A stretch of DNA of 64,000 bases from Malacoraja senta (taxonomy: Eukaryota): NCBI GenBank assembly GCA_038087875.1, contig CM075999.1, forward strand, positions 4,218,001 to 4,282,000, given 5' to 3'. The notes below the pieces were generated by a model. The model saw only the letters and a program-made list of their open reading frames with translations. It made no database searches and was not told where the DNA came from. Shown piece by piece: positions 60,201 to 64,000 of this stretch. Every line of letters begins with the position of its first letter. The stretch's first letter is position 1. Position numbers and translations under genes: made by a program.

Positions 60201-63200
60201 TCCCACCCACACCCCGCATGCACTCCCCTCCCTCTGGCCCAATCATGTTGACCCTTTGGCCTGTAAACAGTTAGGAAATACTGGCCTGTGGTCATTTGGC
60301 ATCTGCTGTTTAACCCACCATACATACGAAAGGCCTTTAGATTGAAGAAAATATATGTTTTATTTCAATATTAATTTATGTAAGCCAAATATTGCCTCAA
60401 ATCATTTGCACTCACACTTCTAAAAGTGCACTTTGTAAAGAATTTTCAAAGCGTGTTGGTGCCACTGTTGTGTTTGAGGGCCCTGTAAGGGCCAATTGTC
60501 AAAGTTCGTTTCTTTGACTTTTCTCAGCACTTGAAATTGAATTTAATGTGCCAAAAGCAAAATAATTAGCATTTTCTATGTGAAAATAGCCAGCTTAGCA
60601 ATTTACAAAAATGCATCCCCATTATTTACTGACAGTTGAGCCCTGATAGGTTTATAGTTCCCAGAGATGAAGCCACCATTTACTGAGTTATAAGGCTAAA
60701 ACAGATATTGTAACAAGTCCTATTCTACGGAAATGAATGATGTATGAGATGAAATTTGGCAGTGAGCAAATGTTAATTGTTAAGTATTAAAATCGACACA
60801 ATTGTTAATTTTTCAGGATTCCAATGAACATTTTGATTTGCAATAAACAGTGAAAGCTATATACAAACAGATCTTGCAGTTAGACAATGAACAGGCTGAA
60901 CTTAGAGGAGTCGCATATTAATTTGCCAGAGTGAATACCAATTAATTAGGGATTTAAGAACGCTATTGAGCAAAGTCTCGAGGAGTCCAGTCCGCCAGGT
61001 GAGATACCCACACTCACTGAAGTCATGTTCAGACTAAGGCACCTCCTCTAACATTTAACATAAAGATACTCGGTGTAATTCACAACCAGACGAGTCGCGT
61101 AGGCAGGGTAACAGAATTATTTGCATTCTTTATTCTCTGTGCCGTCACCAGATCTTTAGCTGGTAATTTCCATGCAATCCACTCACCAGTCTTCAGCATA
61201 ACTGAAAAGTTCAGTCAAAGCAGATTCTGGCTACGTTCTGAGGTACCAATTTCACATTTGCCAGAAAATGGTAGAACACTGTGTTTCTCCTGGGAAGAGG
61301 TAGAAAGAGAGAAGTTTGAAGGTTCTGGTGTAACAAAGGTGAACGGGAATCATCTACTCTGAAAGAAGAGTAAACACTTTCTGTTCTGATCTCCTGCTAA
61401 AGAGGCAACCACAGAATGTCGAGCAACAAAGCATGTCTGTGTTCTCTTTGTAAGTGATGATGATCAGGAAAAGCTCGTCCACCATTTTGGAAAAGACCTT
61501 GATCAAACAATGCAGATGTAACATCAGGAATGCCGTCTAATCTTCACTTCCTGATTCCAATCAAGGCAAATGCAATTGCTACTCTAACTGTGCAAAGTGT
61601 CTATATTTCAGGAAGACAAGGTCATTGCTAAAAGCAAGAATCTTAAAATCAGGATTAAATGCTTGGTCCAATTTATCAGAGTTTGGTCAGAAAGCAACAG
61701 ACAGTGGCACAGTCCCTCTGCAATTCTCTGCTGAGATTGGTGAGATAAAGCTGGCAGGGCAACTGTTCCATTCAGGGACGATGCAAGAACCATACGGAGA
61801 TAAAGCAGTGGAATGGATATCTCCTTCAGTGAGGGTTCCTGTTAACCTGCGTGTGACAGCTTTCAGGTAGTGTCTACTCACCTGTATTTGGTCAAATAAG
61901 AATTAGTTAATTTACAACTCAAATAATGTAGCTTAATAGCAGCAAAACAGAGCCCCTCACACAGCCAGTACCAAGGGCCAGTTTAACATGTTTAAGAAGG
62001 AACTGCAGATGCTGGAAAATCGAAGGTAGACAAGAGTGCTGGAGAAACTCAGCGGGGTGCTGCAGCATCTATGGAACGAAGGAGGGTTTCGGCCCGAAGA
62101 AGAAGGGTTTCGGCCTGGTCTGAAGAAGGGTTTCGGCCTGAAACGTTGCCTATTTCCTTCGCTCGATAGATGCTGCTGCACCTGCTGAGTTTCTCCAGCA
62201 ATTTTGTCTACCGCCAGTTTAACATTGTGAGCCCTGTCCCACTGTTTATAGCCAGGCATTGATCTCATGCAAGGACAGAGTACTGGAGCAACTGAGCGGG
62301 CCCGGCAGCATCTCTGGAGAACATGGATAGGTGACGTTTCACACAGTGCTCGAGTAACTCAGCAGAGGTCAGGCAGCATCTGTGGAGAACATGGATAGGT
62401 GACGTTTCACAGAGTGCTGGAGTAACTCAGCGGGTCAGGCAGCATCTGTGGAGAACATGGATAGGTGACGTTTCACAGAGTGCTGGAGTAACTCAGCGGG
62501 TCAGGCAACATCTGTGGAGAACATGGATAGGTGACGTTTCACAGAGTGCTGGAGTAACTCAGCGGCAGGCAACATCTCTGGAGAACATGGATAGGTGACG
62601 TTTCACAGAGTGCTGGAGTAACTCAGCGGGCCAGGCAACATCTCTGGAGAACATGGATAGGTGACGTTTCAGGTCGAGATGCAACTGGTGATAATCCAGT
62701 GAAGATTATTAAGCACCTTTCATTCACTGGTTAGCCGATCACCTGAGGACATTCGCTCAGTTATCAGTGACTTCTCCAGGTGAGGGTGTGGTCACATTGG
62801 GTCTCCAGGTGCTGGCTACAAGTTGTCAGGTTCAATATCAATCAGCCGCTGCAGGTGGTGCCCATTCACCACTCCACTGGCCGCACCACCCTCCCTGAAT
62901 GTGCTGCCACACATTGGAAGGCACAGCACCCTCAGATAAAGGCACAATGGTGGGTGGAAGGATCGACGGAGGAACTGACCAGCAGTTTATGAAGGCGGTG
63001 ACAGTGCATAGCTCGTTGGATGAGGCTCCCTATCTCTCCTAGACTGGTCCATGAACCATGGTCAGTACCCCGCACCGACTCCTGATCTAAGCAGAAGGGC
63101 ATTGCTGTTTGACAGAACTTTTTGTTTGATTTCGGGTGACTAACAATCTTTCTGCATAAGTTAAGACAGAAAATACATTTGTAAATCACGAGTGGCTGTT

Positions 63201-64000
63201 GATTTGCAGATAAATTAAACCCAACTCTTGACATAAGTGTGCTTCCTTCTGTTTTGTAAAACATTTGATTGTGGTTGATTAGGCAAGGCAATAATATTCT
63301 CAGCTGAAACGGTCTCAGACATTCTGTACATCAGCTGGAAGCCCCCACCAGGGACATCCAACCACCAGGGGCATGACAATTGCACAATGCAGAACCAAGA
63401 GGTGCTGCTTCCATTGCTTAAAGCCTTTCAACAGTTTCTCCAGCAAACTCATTGCTTCATAGAAAGCATCACTACTATACAAAGTCAAGGTGCAGCAAAC
63501 ATTCTTATTTTTGCATAAAAAGGCTATTATTTTTCAGCAATAAGACTTTTCTGAGAATTGTTTCTTTGGATTGTAAGGTCCACTCCACCAGGGAAGTTAT
63601 CTTTGACCAGTAGCGCAGCAATATCCTGAGGATTGGCGTTGAGTTCTTCAGTCCTCCAGGCAAACCTGCCCATTCCCAGTCTTCAGCTTCCCTAAAGATA
63701 AGGAACGAAAAGCTGAAAGTGATGGATATTCAACACGTTGAATGCAAAGGCCAGTCCACAACCGCACAGCATGGAAACAGGCCCTTCGGCTCAACTCGTA
63801 CATGCCAGCCAACATGCCCCATCTAAGCCAGCCTCATTTGCCCTTGTTTGGCCCATCTCTATATAACTAAAAGTCTTTGTCTTGTTTGTGCCCACGATGT
63901 GTCTCTGTCAATCTGGTTAATTCCTATCTTCTTCCAAACCCTAGGCCACAGCCTTCCCATTTTCACACATCCTATTCACATTTTCCCCATGGTGACGATA
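54239..64000 (+). repeat. Near-identical duplicate of about 39472-49705
   Basis: Identical ORFs at offsets 14767, 14766, 14229 and 14294-14295; begins immediately after the gap. Confidence 0.97.
63648..63691 (-). CDS. NHSL3: Second copy of putative NHSL3 terminal exon (in duplicated block)
   Basis: Identical to 49353-49396. Confidence 0.5.

Overview
Eukaryotic, repeat-rich vertebrate DNA; the repeat families suggest a cartilaginous fish, probably a skate or ray (inference). Two host genes lie on the minus strand. BSDC1 is complete: 11 coding exons, 5897-32053, all GT-AG junctions traced by eye, a CpG-rich CRE/NRF1/GC-box promoter, and apparent 1-bp indels in exon 9. NHSL3/KIAA1522 is present only as its 3' end: a large Pro-rich exon at 51974-54038 cut by a 200-N gap, plus a putative last exon at 49353-49396. 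BSDC1 intron 7 holds a nested stack: a Tc1 transposon split by a near-complete DIRS1-type tyrosine-recombinase retrotransposon (gag, RT/RNaseH, Dam-like methyltransferase, YR, ITRs, ICR) and by a CR1, with another CR1 inside the DIRS. The DIRS gag/pol overlap has an HIV-like U-UUU-UUA slippery site. Upstream of BSDC1 is a four-level LINE nest (CR1 > L2 > CR1 > L2) with Rex1/Babar, SINE and Penelope insertions. Several short Penelope-derived elements carry minimal hammerhead ribozyme cores, and a 460-bp non-autonomous Helitron is present. After the gap, 54239-64000 is a near-identical second copy of about 39472-49705, probably an uncollapsed haplotype; it differs by a 537-bp insertion, one 66-bp repeat unit and a few SNPs/indels. 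All calls are by eye; no searches were run.
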